Shown here: piece after piece, positions 44,774-57,105 of the stretch
Position numbering within the stretch: the first letter of the stretch is position 1
Layout: every line of letters begins with the position of its first letter
DNA from: Diplonema japonicum
Taxonomy: Eukaryota; Protista; Euglenozoa: Diplonemea
Assembly (NCBI GenBank): GCA_964019335.1
Contig: OZ025674.1
Location: forward strand, 434,001-498,000
Reading direction: 5' to 3'
Length of the DNA: 64,000 nucleotides
Notes under the pieces: generated by a model
The model's input: the letters and a program-made list of their open reading frames with translations, nothing else
The model's database searches: none
Told to the model about the DNA's origin: nothing
Made by a program: the position numbers and the translations under genes

Positions 44774-47497
44774 ATGCCGCTGATACCCATAAAATGGGCG
44801 ACCACCTTCATGACGTGTGCCTGCACGCTGCTTGCAGTGGGCATCGCGATGATTGTCTCGATACTGGCGACCGACAAGGCGTTGGACGATGTGAAGTCCA
44901 GCCAGGATGCGAACGTGGCGAACTGCTTCCAGTCAGGTGAGACAAACCTGGTGGAGATCACAGACGACAAGATCAAACTCCTCGCGACAAAAGTTGAGCT
45001 CTCTGTGCAGTCCCAGTTAGACGAAGCACGGCTCATCAGCAAAATCACAACAGGGATCTCCCTCTCCATCCAAGACCCTACCGAAGAAGAAGATGTCAAG
45101 ATGATGGAACAAGTGCTCATCAAGCTATGGGACTCCAGCAAGATATCCCTATTGGGGTTCCTTGCCTCCCAGGTGGGGTACGCGAATATTCTGGTGGAGA
45201 ACTCCTTGGCTTACGAACTGAACGTGCAGCTTAAACACCGTCACCCCTATTCAACCAACTACATCCACATCAACTCCACGAACCCTGGCACCATTGGGAT
45301 GGTTGATCATTTGGACGGAACTTACTTGAACGCGCCCTGCGATGTGATACCGTTGCTGTTTTCTTTCACAGGAAATGCAAAATCCGGGGCGTGTCCCTTC
45401 ACCTTCGACCCCATGGAAATACCCATAGTGTCGGACAGCTTCTCAACGCCTGTCAACACGCGCTCCTGGTCTAAGGTCGAAGGCTTCTCCACCTACGTCG
45501 GTGTCATGATTCGCAGTGTGTCGAACCGTGACCCCACCGCCACCGCCTTCTCAGTCGGAAACGTTGTCGGCTTCGACCTCAAGTCCATCACCACCTACCT
45601 CCGGTCCATAGTTCAGCCTGGCGAGCGGATCTTCCTCACCATTGGTGGTTCTGTTCAAACCGGCCTCCTCCTTGGTGTCTCGCACGGGTCGTGGTACACC
45701 GAGGTGAACGGCCCCGACCCACTCTTCCCCTCACGCAAGATCGACCTGAAGACACCCCGGCACTGCACCAACGCTACCGACGAGGTTATCATCGGGGCAT
45801 CGAAGTGGCTTTACGCACAGGTGCCCCTTGGTGATGACCCCTTCCGTGCCCAAGAGGCAAGACAACTGAACAGCACACAGACCATCACTGTGGCAGACGA
45901 GGAGCACTACCTACAGTTGGCCGAGCTGAAGGATGAGTACGGTCTTGAGTGGTGGGTTGCTGTGGTTGTGGAAAAGGCATCTGTTGTGGGTGCGACACGC
46001 GAGAGGAGGAACACAGCTGTGGCAGCGATCGCGACGTCGAACAGCAAAGTGGACAGCGACATGTCAGACAACAGGGTGGTGCTGATCTGTGTGGTGTGTG
46101 GATTGACATTGGTGCTCATGCTTGTCACTGCTGTGGTCACCACGAACCTCACGAAGCCACTAGGTGTGCTGAGCGACGAGATGTGGGACGTGGCAGAGCT
46201 GCGGCTGGACGACGTTGATGAGAAGGCGAAGCAATCCTCCTTATTGGAGGTGAACAGCATGCAGCGCTCCTTCCTGATGATGCTTCACGCCCTTCGTGAG
46301 TACAGGCAGTTCATGCCTCAGGCAGTGGCCAACATGGACGCCTCGGACTCTGATGCCAATGAAGGCGAAATATCCTCAGAGGGCGAGACACACATCTCGA
46401 CACCACAACGCTCGAGCATCACATCAGGGACAGGGACAGGAGGCAAGTCGGGGATGGAATTCAGCTCCCCTACAGACAGGAAGTCCTCTGGGACGGGCAA
46501 CACAAACGACAAGTACCGCAGCAAGAAGTACACCTCGCATGCCCTGGCGCTGTACATGACACGCAAGAAGAACGTATGCCAAGTGGCTATCGAGAACTGC
46601 GACTTCGAGCGTCTCATCACTGACAAGAAGGACGGTTCCTCCATCGTGGAGTACCACTCGCAATGGCTGCAGAGATGTATCTCTGACGTGAAGGACCATC
46701 GCGGCACCGTGGAGCGCTTCATAGGCGACCACATCGACATCAACTTCGGCGGTGCTGTGCCATGCCCTTCGGCAAGCGCGAAGGCCGCCAACTACGCAGT
46801 AAAGCTGAGGGAGAAGATGACCCCGATAGAGTGCAGGCGGTCGTTTGCCGTTCAGTCGGATCTTATAATGCTTGTCGGGATGTCGACTGGGGTGTGCTAC
46901 GCGGGTAACTTGGGGTGCTTTGGGATGAAGGCACCAGCGACACTGGGGAGGGCCTTCATGATGGCGAAGGACATGCTGTTCGTGGCAAGGGATGTCGGGG
47001 TGGACATCGTGATGGACGCGAAGTGTGCCGACGAGCTGAAGGGGATGTTCACAACAACAGTGGTGGAGATCTTGAAAGTAGAAAACAGAGGGAAGATGCT
47101 GTGCTCTTACCTGAACGGTCTGAAGAAGGACGTTGGCGGGGAATGGATGTACACGATGAGGGATGAGAGTGAGGTACAGTTCGATGCTGCATGGACGCAC
47201 GTACTTGCTGGGGAGGTGGCCAAGGGATTGAGCGAGCTGCAAATGATCACTCCAGCACACCCTGTTCTGAGCCTTGTAATCTCCCGCCTTTCTATTTTTT
47301 GCGAAATGGTAGAAAAGGTAACAGGGAAGCCCCCCACCGACTACTACCGCTGCATTGCACAGAGGGCCGTCAATGGTGTTATTTCCGAACAATTCCTCCC
47401 CGAATCAAAGACGGGCAATATCAACAGGTTGGTCAGCCCTGCTGTGAAGTCACTGGACACCCTTTCCCCAGTTTCACCACCCTTGGCAATTCAATGA
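44774..47497 (+). CDS. Receptor-type cyclase-like protein, copy 3
   Basis: Same architecture; tracts identical to copy 2. Confidence 0.88.
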   Translation: MPLIPIKWATTFMTCACTLLAVGIAMIVSILATDKALDDVKSSQDANVANCFQSGETNLVEITDDKIKLLATKVELSVQSQLDEARLISKITTGISLSIQDPTEEEDVKMMEQVLIKLWDSSKISLLGFLASQVGYANILVENSLAYELNVQLKHRHPYSTNYIHINSTNPGTIGMVDHLDGTYLNAPCDVIPLLFSFTGNAKSGACPFTFDPMEIPIVSDSFSTPVNTRSWSKVEGFSTYVGVMIRSVSNRDPTATAFSVGNVVGFDLKSITTYLRSIVQPGERIFLTIGGSVQTGLLLGVSHGSWYTEVNGPDPLFPSRKIDLKTPRHCTNATDEVIIGASKWLYAQVPLGDDPFRAQEARQLNSTQTITVADEEHYLQLAELKDEYGLEWWVAVVVEKASVVGATRERRNTAVAAIATSNSKVDSDMSDNRVVLICVVCGLTLVLMLVTAVVTTNLTKPLGVLSDEMWDVAELRLDDVDEKAKQSSLLEVNSMQRSFLMMLHALREYRQFMPQAVANMDASDSDANEGEISSEGETHISTPQRSSITSGTGTGGKSGMEFSSPTDRKSSGTGNTNDKYRSKKYTSHALALYMTRKKNVCQVAIENCDFERLITDKKDGSSIVEYHSQWLQRCISDVKDHRGTVERFIGDHIDINFGGAVPCPSASAKAANYAVKLREKMTPIECRRSFAVQSDLIMLVGMSTGVCYAGNLGCFGMKAPATLGRAFMMAKDMLFVARDVGVDIVMDAKCADELKGMFTTTVVEILKVENRGKMLCSYLNGLKKDVGGEWMYTMRDESEVQFDAAWTHVLAGEVAKGLSELQMITPAHPVLSLVISRLSIFCEMVEKVTGKPPTDYYRCIAQRAVNGVISEQFLPESKTGNINRLVSPAVKSLDTLSPVSPPLAIQ

Positions 47498-47641
47498 ACA
47501 TTTGGAAATTCTGTTACTATTCTTTACGGGTCTTTTTTTTTTTTCTTTTTCTCATCCTCAAAGTTTTCTTTTGGAATCCTTTCTTTCTGTAGAGTATTTT
47601 CTCCCTCACTCTTTTTTTTCTTTTTTTTTTTCTTTTTTTTT

Positions 47642-47790
47642 CCGGGCAAGATGGTGGGGATAACATGGAGGTATAAAAAAGTATATCTAATGTGTTGTTC
47701 GCAGGGTGACGAACAAAAAAAAAAAGGCAGCAAACTGCGCGAGTGCAGAATCTTGGTTACCCGGGGCCAACGCTGGCCTCCTTTATCTCT
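47642..47790 (+). repeat. Retroposon 3' fragment, tail family B
   Basis: Homologous to 35934-36184; ends ggggccaacgctggcctcctttatctc; preceded by poly-T. Confidence 0.65.
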
Positions 47791-48097
47791 TAATTTTTAA
47801 TCCTTTTCTTCTTTCAAAGTTCTATCCGACCTTTTTTTTCCCCCTGTGCAGCTCTTACGTAGAGCAAAAATGATGTCCCTTCACTGCACTGCATGCCAAT
47901 TTGAGTTTTTTTTTTTTTTTCTTTTTACCGTATTTTTTTAAATTGTTACGTTGTTAAGATAAAGTACCCAAATTCTTTTTTTTTTTTTTTTGATTCTGTA
48001 GCCGAAGCAATGGAGCAGAGTGGTTTTAAAAAAAAAGGAAAATGAAATAAAAAAAAAAAAAACAAAAAAAAACTTTGAAGGGATGCAGGTAGAGGAA

Positions 48098-48151
48098 GAG
48101 AACAAGGGGGCGTCTCACAAAGACTTCCTTTAACTCATATATATTTTTTTT
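48098..48151 (+). repeat. Retroposon 3' tail, family C
   Basis: gagaacaagggggcgtctcacaaagacttcctttaactcatatatat, near-identical to 63647-63695. Confidence 0.7.
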
Positions 48152-50702
48152 ATTTTTTACAGCCTTAATTATTTAAAAATACGGTATTCATTTCTTTTTT
48201 TTTTTTAAACAGTGCCCCCCCCCCCCCCCCGTCCTCCCACCAAAAAAAAGATTTGCAGAAAAAAGAAAAAATGGAACGATGTAGAAGAATCCCCATAACA
48301 CACCTCTCTTCCCACTCCCGGTGACTAGACAACTCATTTTCTCCCCTATATTCTCTCTTTTTTTTTTTGACGAGTATGACTTGTCAATCAAAGGGAAAGC
48401 ATCGTGGTTTAAACTAAAGACCCAACACGCTGACACGTAGCCAACTCTTCTTTTTTTTTTTTTTTTCTTCTCTCTCCCCCTTTTTTTTTTCTGTTCAAGG
48501 AAGGGGGGAGGGCTTGAAAGCAGTGGATACAGTTTTCTAAAACCAATCATCATGAAGAGGAAATTGGTATCAGCTCAGCAACCTCCAGTAACAATGGTCC
48601 GTACTCCAATTTTTTTACTGGTATTTTCTTTTCTTTTTTTTTCGCAGCCACGGAACTAGACCTGCTCATTCCTCCTTCACCCGATACGTGCTGCTTAAAC
48701 TGAGCTTTTCAAACTATCCTTCTTCTGTCCCCATAGTTTAGGCTTTCACCCTCACCCCCTCCCCAATCTTACAAAAAAACAACTACCAAAAAGAATTCTT
48801 TCAAAGGTTTTTTTTTTATTTACTCACCCCCTCATCCCTTTATTTTTTTTATACTATCTGTTTCACTTTATCTATTTAATGAAGTGCCACCTTTTTTTTT
48901 TTCTTTTTTCTTTTGACAAGCAACACAAGATAAAAGAAAGAAAAAAGGAGGGTAAAAAAAGAAGGGGAAAAAAAAAAATGAACGGGAAAAAAAAAAGGGA
49001 GGAAAAGGTTGGTCTCTCCCTCTCTTTTCTTCTCCCTTTTTTTTTGACTATTTTGGAAGAAAAAAAAACAAAAAAAAAAACAATTTTGACAATGAATTAT
49101 TATTGCTAAAAAAAAAAAAGAAGAAGAAAAAGAAAACAGTAGTGGTGAGCATTGTTGGGGTTACCCCTTCTACAGGGTCAGTCCGGCTGCGCAACCAATA
49201 ACACCTACGTTTCTTTATTTTTTTTTTTTCAGCCTCTGCCCCACTGCTACATTAAAAAAAAAAAAAAAAAACGAGAAAAGAATAGGGAAAAAAAAAAACA
49301 GAAAGAACTGCAACCAAAAAACGAAAACGAAAAAGAAAATAAATTTCTTTTTTTTTTTATTTATATACATATATATATATTTTTTTTAAAAATAAAAAGA
49401 AAAAAAAGAACTAAATTGTTTTATAAAACGGCTTCAAAATGAATTCATTAACATCTTTTAGAAAAAGAAAAAAAAAAAGGAAAGGGAGGATAACATTTTT
49501 CTTGCGCCAGCGAGCATCGGGGTGAGACCTCGCTTTTGCCTTTTTTTTGGGGGGGGGGGGGGGGGGGGGGCAGCATCGACACCTCTAAAGCGAGTCAAAG
49601 TGATTCCTGCCAGACGCCATAGTTAAACCTCACATTTTCTTTTTATATATTTTTTTTTATTGTTTTTGATTTTGCCAGCAAAGTGACGGCAGGAAAGAGG
49701 CAACCGCCTCTTAACATTTATTTTTTTTGGCCAAGCCCAAGGGCGGGGTCCTCTTCTATCTTTTCCCCCCCCCCTCCCTTTTTTTTTTCTCCCCCGGGGT
49801 GGATGTAGTCAGGTGTTCCTGTGTATCCATATTTATGTCATCATAAGGGTCTGGTAGATTTTCTTAAGGCTTTCACGACCCAGGAAATGAAAAGAATTTA
49901 AAAAAAGAGATCCCCCCCCCCCTATGTAATATAATATACTGCTGGGCTACCCTAGTATGTCTTTGTTGCAAAGAGAAATACTCTTTGTTTGTGAGAGAAC
50001 GAAAGTGAAGGGAGGGGAGGGAGGAAAAAGTTTTTTTTTTCCTGCTTCCTTTTATTTCTTTTCACCTTTCGCCACGCTGTGTTATGCTATAAAGTAGTTG
50101 GGCTTTATTTTTCATTTGCTTTTTTTTTTTTTTTTTTTTTTTTCAATAGTCCTTTTTATAAATAGTTTTCTTTTTTTTTTATACCCTTTTTTTTTATATA
50201 AACTAGGATTGGGACAAAAAAGAAAATTGAGGGGAACTAAAAAGAAGAAAAAAAAAAAGGTAGAAGACAGAGGGGGTACACCCGTGAAGGGACTCCTTTC
50301 ACCTTCCTTTCTTTTTTTTTTTTTTTTTTCCTGTCCTCCTCCTCAACCTATTTTTCCACTGGAGGGGGAGGAAGAAAAAAAAAAAAAAAAAAAAAACCTG
50401 CAAGCTTTTGGCAACCTGTCGGTCCACAAGTGGGAACGGCCTGACGAAAACGAAACGGAAAAAAAACAGGATTTTTTACGCTCATTAGCAGATTGTTCCT
50501 CCCTCTCCCCTCCCCTGTTATTTTTGGATTAACGGGCCGTGCCGGATTTATCGATCGACTCTCTTTTTATTTTATTTCATTTTTTTTTACTCAAGTTTTG
50601 TGACTTTTCTCGGTGTCCAAAAAATCCAGTACTGAAAAGTTCTTGAATGTGAGTATTTGAAAGAGAAAGGCCGTTGATTTAAGAAGATTCCGGGGAATAA
50701 AA

Positions 50703-50740
<38 letters not shown>

Positions 50741-51844
50741 GAGTGAATTGGGATCATGCTGCATTCTTTTTCTCTCGGCGAAGAAAAAAAAAAAAGAAAA
50801 TGAGAACATAAATAGAGTCTTCCTGATGGTTGCCTGTAGGTCATTGCCTGTGGCCCTCCGTCCTTACTGCCCTAAGGGAACACTTTGCGCGTAAGCACTA
50901 ACGGTGGGGTTGAAGGCCATGTTCCCTGTTCCTTCGTCATGTTACTTCTCTGGGTTGCTGTTTCGTTTCCTTGAGAAATAAGTTAAGTCGGAAAAAAAAA
51001 AAGAAGAAAAAAGAAATACAAACGTAAAAGAAATAAGAAAAAAAAGAAGGGGAAAAAAAAAAAAAAAAAAGGGTCGAGTTTACCTAAACTTCCCGGTTCT
51101 GCCTGATTAGTTTCTTTTTTTTTTTTTTCATCTTGAAACAGTAAGCACCTTCTCCCCCTGCGCTGTAGTTTTATCTAAATTCTTTTTTTTTTTATGTAGT
51201 AATCCTGACATTGTAATTCTCTTTTTTATATATTTTTTGTTCTACTTTGACATAATAATAACTAATATTTCTAAAAAAGAAAAAGAGAGAAAGAAGTTAT
51301 TCTAGAATGTTTATCGCACACACGTATTCATTCTTGATACCAAAAATCAAAGCAAGATTTTTGTTTAAACTATTCCAATATTCACTGACATTCTCTTTTT
51401 TTTTTATTTTTTTTTATTTGCTCCTTTTTTCTCAACAAGAGGGAAGAGGTAGAAATAGGGGGTGGTGGTTTTTTTTTGTTACATTAATAGTAAGTTAGTT
51501 GATTCTGACTTCTAGTTTTCCCGACGGAGATTTAATAGAATGAAAAAAAGAAAATGAAAAAAAAAAAAAAAGAACGAAGGGTGAAAAAAAAGAAGAAGAA
51601 AGAAAAGAAAAATACATCGACTCGTGCCTTTTTTTGGCTACCCAACGTTCCTTTTGGCCCATCAACTTATTGTAGTTAAAACAGTGCCTACCTTGGTAGG
51701 CCTCGTTTTCGTGTTGAAAAAGAACGGAAGAACGAGAAAAAAAAAGGAAAAAAAAAGAAGAAAAAGAAGAAAAAAAAGTGGTACTGCCAAAACTTGACTG
51801 ATATCCTCGTCGGGTTTAATGTGAAATCGTTGCAGATGAGATGG

Positions 51845-51885
<41 letters not shown>

Positions 51886-52951
51886 ATAGACTTGTAAACA
51901 AGTCCTTTTCAACAGCGGGCACTCCCCCCCTGCACACTAAGGTTTTAGCGGATTTTTAGTTTTTTTCTTTCTTCGTATTATCGTAATTTAGACTTAATAC
52001 GAAACGAACAAATTAAATTTCGTATTTTTTTTAATTAATATGAGTTTTCTTGGGCCCCGTAGCCTAAGAACCAATACATCGATTTTTTTTTTGACGATAT
52101 CGACCATAATTTTTTATCCATTTCAAAACAATGTTGCGGGGGATGGGGGGGGGGGGGGGGGGGGGATTCTCGTACCCGTATTAAGTCCAAAATCCGGTAT
52201 TTTTATTTTTATTATTTTTTTTTTCCTTCCGGTTTAATGTATTCTTTACAACCGTCACAGTAGTGAATCCCTTTTTTTTTTAAGGCACTCCTTAGGTCTC
52301 GTTGATTCGCGAGGGGAAGGGGGAAACAGGCATGTGGAAAAACAAAACAAAAAAATAAAATAAAAAAAGAAAACAAAAAGAGAGGGGTTGAAACTGTCGT
52401 TAAATGTTGTTCAAGTGAGCACTGCACACTGAAACTTTATCAAAACTTTTTTTGTTTCCCTCTTTTTTATATATATATATATTTTTTTTTCTTTGTTCTC
52501 GCCCTGCGTCTCTCCTTCTATTCTTGCTGAAAGAGCAAAAGAACGAGGGGGAAAAAAAAAGGGGGGGAAGTAAGAAGTTCAAAAAGCTTTTTTTTTTTTG
52601 TAACTGTGCGGATTTTTTTTTTTTTTTACTTCGAAGCTGTTTGGCTTAAAATATTACTTGATTTTTTCGAGAATTTAGCCTACCCGTTGGAAAGAAAAGG
52701 GAAGCAGTCCAGCGCAAGGATCTTGCCTTGCTAGTGGTACAAAGAAGTCACCCCCGCTGCCTCGGAGCCGGTTTTTTTGAAGAGATCTCATAAGAGGGTT
52801 CTGAATTGAGACACCCTCCAAGGTTGGCCTCTAGGTTCATAGCAATGGTGTAAAGATTTCATTCGAAGCAGCTAGTCAGTAAATAGTAAAAAGATGTGAA
52901 AAATCAGACAGATTTCACTTGTGGGGACACTTTGATTTTTCATAGATAAAT

Positions 52952-52991
<40 letters not shown>

Positions 52992-54068
52992 AAACCTCTT
53001 TGTCTTCCGTATCCTTACCTCTCCCCTGAACATAGTTCAAAGAAAAGATTTATTTTAATGAACAAAGTGGGCACCCCTCCCACACCCACCCGCCCCCCAT
53101 CCCTGCACACTGAAATCTTTTATCGAGTTTAAAACTGGTATGGCCGCCTCGCACGAATTTCCAGTGCAAATAGAAAAAGAAGAAAAAGGAGAACGAAACT
53201 TAAAAAAAAAAGAAAAAATGATTTTGCCGGGTTTGCGTGCTCTTTAAAGAATCTTTTTTTTTTGTCTCCGTCACGTTATTGTTTTTTTTTTTTCTTTCTC
53301 TTTTTTTTTTTTTTTTTTTAGCACTGTACAAAAAGAAAAAGGGAAAAAAAGGGACTTCACCTTCACCTCCCCCTTAACGTACTTCTGACCCCCCCCCTCC
53401 CCCTCTTCAGTTGGTGCAACACCTGCTGTACCTTGATATTTGTAGGTATTTCATGCCTCATTTTCTCTCTCTTTTTTTTCTTTCTGTTCTCTCGGGATTG
53501 GTGCCCCACCAGCCCTCTTGCTTAACCTTCTCAACTCGTCCCGCCCCTTTGCATGAGAGTTCTGACCAGGTTTATTCTTTTTCATTTGTTTATTGCATTG
53601 TTCCCCCCCCCCCCCCCCCCCCCCCCCGCCTTTCTGTCTATGTCACCCCCCTCCCCCTCCTTCTTTTCACGCCCTATATCTCTAAAGCCCTGAGGACCTC
53701 TTCCCGTCACCTCTACCCGGAAGATTCATAGAAGTTAATTATCAGAGAAATTGAAAAACCCTTGTTTTGAAAAATAGTAATCTTCTGTGTCCCAACCCGG
53801 GAAAAGGGATACTGGACGGGTTTTAGAGATATGAATTATAATTTTTTTTTTTTTGTTATTACATATCTGCACCACCCCTTCCTCCGCAACTTATATTTGC
53901 CCCCCCCCTCTCTCTTGTGACTCTTGCGTTGGTTTCTCTTTTTTTTTATATTTTTTTTTCTTCTTCTTTTCTTTTCTTCAACCTTTCTTTTTTTTTTAAA
54001 GAAGACCCCTTCCTTTAAAAAGAAAAAAAAAAAAAAAAAAACCGCATCAAAGGGGGAGGCGAGTGAAG

Positions 54069-56966
54069 ATGATGATCTCAGTGAAATGGGTGACAATCCT
54101 CGCTATTGGTGTTTGTGTTCTGTCCACGGTGACGGCGACACTGGTGCTTGCTGTCAGATCGACAGATTCGGCGGTGGACAAGACGAACGCCCAGCATGAC
54201 ATATCAGTCGATCAATGCTTCACCACTGGTAAGAATAACATCGTAGAGCTGACCGCCCAGCTGTTGGAAGAGAACGGGCGTGTAGTCGCGGGTGAGATCC
54301 AACGATTCCTGCGGGACGTACGCAACGCGCACTCCGAGATCCTTGCCGTCATGCAGTCTACACCCGCGGATCAAATAGATTCGATAGATGCCTTTACAAA
54401 GTACAACTCCCTCTTCTGGTCCATGTGGATGTCGAAGAGTCTGACCATGATCGCTACCGGCACCCTTGACGGTACCGGCCTCTTCATCACCGAGCTACAG
54501 CGTACGCAGGACGAGTTCCGCGGGGAAGGGGGCCGTAACCTTACCTCCTCTTTGATTCTAACCAACAATGCTTCCACTGGTACGACCCTTTATGGGACGC
54601 TCGCCAATCGGGGCGGGTTTACGACTGCTCCTTGTGATTATCTTTTTATCAGCACTGGTGTGGTCAGCGGCCCGTGTCCTGGGCCTTCCACCTACAACCT
54701 CACAACAGTACCCATTGTCGTCCTTGGGATTGTCGACAGGCTAGGATTGGGCACTCCCACGTATCCAGACGTTGCTGTGCCCCTCCACTGGGGTAGGGTT
54801 CATAATTTCCCTGACTTTGCAGGCATAACGTTGTCCTCAACGTTCAGTTCGGACCCCCCTCATCCCGACCGCGCTGTGTCGGGGCATGTACAGGTGTCGC
54901 ACGATCTGCGTTCCGTCTCAAATGTCATTAAGAAGCATGTTTCAGCCCACCTGACGGTCTTCACGGTCATAGGCGGTGCCAACAAGCAGCTGGGACTTCT
55001 CATCGGCGTGTCGGCGGGAAACTCCACGGAATTAATAACAGGCCCGCATCCTGTGGAAGGGTCTTTAACCAATCTCACCGCACCCTCACACTGCGTTAAC
55101 GCTTCAGACGAAATCATCTCAGGCGCATGTGCTTCCTTGTTCGAACTTGGCGGGGGCGAGGTGGGGAAGCATGAGATAGACCCTTTCCAGGCGGTGTTCG
55201 CAAAGCAGTCAGGCAACGCAACGGAGCTCACTATCAACGGGAGTTTGTATTTCGTGCACGTGACGGAGCTGTCCGATAAGATCGGGCTGACGTGGTGGGT
55301 GGTGACCTTAGAAGAGGAGGCGGTCATCCTTGGATCCATCAACAGGCAGCGCAGCATTGTGCAGGACGAGATACATGCGACGTCGAAGCGTGTGAACGAC
55401 GACCTGAACCGTGACAGGCTCGTCATGTACGTGGTGATCATCAGCGTGGTGGCCATCATGTTCATCCTCAGCACATTGGGGACCATGGTCCTCGCCAAGC
55501 CGCTGGAGCTGCTGAAGCGCGAGATGGAAGACGTGGCGAAGCTGAACCTCGACGACCTTGACACAAACACAACCCGCAGGTCGTTCCTGAAGGAAGTGTC
55601 CTCCATGCAAACATCGTTCCTAACGATGGTCGCATCGATGAAGGAGTACAAGCAGTACATGCCGCAGGCGCTGCTGCAGCGCGAGGACGAGATGTACGAC
55701 ACGGGGTCTGCTGGGACTGACGACTCGGACGACGAGGTGCATAAGCTGCCGCACATCTCGACACCCGGAGGACAGGCCACCCTCAACAGTGACACATCCG
55801 ACTCACGCAGAAAGCACGACTCCAGCACAGAGCACGTGCCCACGACAGTCGGCAGCAGCAGCCCCGCCCCGGGACTTGTCATCGCAACGTCAAATGTCAG
55901 CAGTGGGAAGAAGAAAGCAGCGCTTCTAGGCGGTCTGGGCATCTACCTGGTAAAGAAGTCACGCGCATCGCAGCTTACGGTGTGCTGCTCGGACTTCAAC
56001 AGGTACATCAAATTATGCGGCGAACCGTCGACCATTGTGGAGTTCCACTCAAGATGGCTACACATGGTGGTGACGGACGTGAAGGAGCACCAGGGCATGG
56101 TGCAGTCCTTCATCGCAGACAACGTTGACATCACGTTCGGGAGTCTGTCCTCGTGCATCTCACCCGCCACAAAGGCAGCGAAGTACGCACTGCAGATCAG
56201 GAACAGGCTCACTGCTCTGCGACCGGACATGACGGAGAACACACAACCTGCCATCGGCCTAGCCACGGGCTCTGTTTACGTCGGGAACATGGGGTGCACA
56301 GGGTCAAAGGCTCCTGCAGTGCTAGGCCGTGCAGTGCAGCAGTCGAAAGTGATGCAGACCATAGCGATGGAAATCTCGCTGGACATTGTAATGGACCAGA
56401 TGTCAGCGGACGAGCTGAAGGGTGTCATAGTCTACACCCCCATCGAAATCATCAAGACAGAGTCAGGGAAACTACAAACTGCGTACTACTTAGCTGAAGC
56501 ACACCACGCTGGTGCAGGAGAGTGGATGTACACCATGGATGTAGGTGTTGGTGAGGGAGAGTCATACAACAGAGGTTGGGATCTCCTTGTCAAGGGGCAA
56601 CTGTCTGCCGCTGCTGATGTCTTTGACGCTCTCACAGACTCTGAGGCAGCGTGCGCGTTGGTACCTCGGATAAGGTCTTACATCGATGATGTGTGCTCGC
56701 TGACGGGGATGATACCGACTGAGTATTCTCGCAGCATAAGGCCTCGCTCTACCCTCCCTGCCCCCATCTCTGACCACTGCTTCCTTTCTCGAAAGGTATC
56801 TCTTAAGCCACCTTCGCTCAAGGCTCGTGAGACGTCTTCTCGGAACAAAACTTCTTCCAAAGTGTCTTCTTGCCCGTCATTGACAAATAGTGGGATAATG
56901 ACTAAGTCAGCAGGGTCCGTTGGGGCCTCACCGCCTGCTGTGCGCATGATAGAAAATAGTCTTTGA
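54069..56966 (+). CDS. Receptor-type cyclase-like protein, divergent copy 4
   Basis: TM-sensor-TM-HAMP (AKPL..EMEDVA..EV..MQTSF); GMVQSFIAD, IGLATG..YVGNMG, EWMY; first ATG at 54069. Confidence 0.88.
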   Translation: MMISVKWVTILAIGVCVLSTVTATLVLAVRSTDSAVDKTNAQHDISVDQCFTTGKNNIVELTAQLLEENGRVVAGEIQRFLRDVRNAHSEILAVMQSTPADQIDSIDAFTKYNSLFWSMWMSKSLTMIATGTLDGTGLFITELQRTQDEFRGEGGRNLTSSLILTNNASTGTTLYGTLANRGGFTTAPCDYLFISTGVVSGPCPGPSTYNLTTVPIVVLGIVDRLGLGTPTYPDVAVPLHWGRVHNFPDFAGITLSSTFSSDPPHPDRAVSGHVQVSHDLRSVSNVIKKHVSAHLTVFTVIGGANKQLGLLIGVSAGNSTELITGPHPVEGSLTNLTAPSHCVNASDEIISGACASLFELGGGEVGKHEIDPFQAVFAKQSGNATELTINGSLYFVHVTELSDKIGLTWWVVTLEEEAVILGSINRQRSIVQDEIHATSKRVNDDLNRDRLVMYVVIISVVAIMFILSTLGTMVLAKPLELLKREMEDVAKLNLDDLDTNTTRRSFLKEVSSMQTSFLTMVASMKEYKQYMPQALLQREDEMYDTGSAGTDDSDDEVHKLPHISTPGGQATLNSDTSDSRRKHDSSTEHVPTTVGSSSPAPGLVIATSNVSSGKKKAALLGGLGIYLVKKSRASQLTVCCSDFNRYIKLCGEPSTIVEFHSRWLHMVVTDVKEHQGMVQSFIADNVDITFGSLSSCISPATKAAKYALQIRNRLTALRPDMTENTQPAIGLATGSVYVGNMGCTGSKAPAVLGRAVQQSKVMQTIAMEISLDIVMDQMSADELKGVIVYTPIEIIKTESGKLQTAYYLAEAHHAGAGEWMYTMDVGVGEGESYNRGWDLLVKGQLSAAADVFDALTDSEAACALVPRIRSYIDDVCSLTGMIPTEYSRSIRPRSTLPAPISDHCFLSRKVSLKPPSLKARETSSRNKTSSKVSSCPSLTNSGIMTKSAGSVGASPPAVRMIENSL

Positions 56967-57072
56967 AAATGGCCTGTTTTTTTTTTTTTTTTTTTTTTTT
57001 TGTTGTTTAATTTTTACTACAAAAAAATAAATTTTTTAAAAAAAAGAAAAGAGAGAGAGAAAAAAAACGGGG

Positions 57073-57105
<33 letters not shown>

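Noticed and set aside
47600-54000. Numerous F/K/G/P-rich short ORFs in intergenic DNA
   Set aside because: Artefacts of homopolymer runs; no coding signature.
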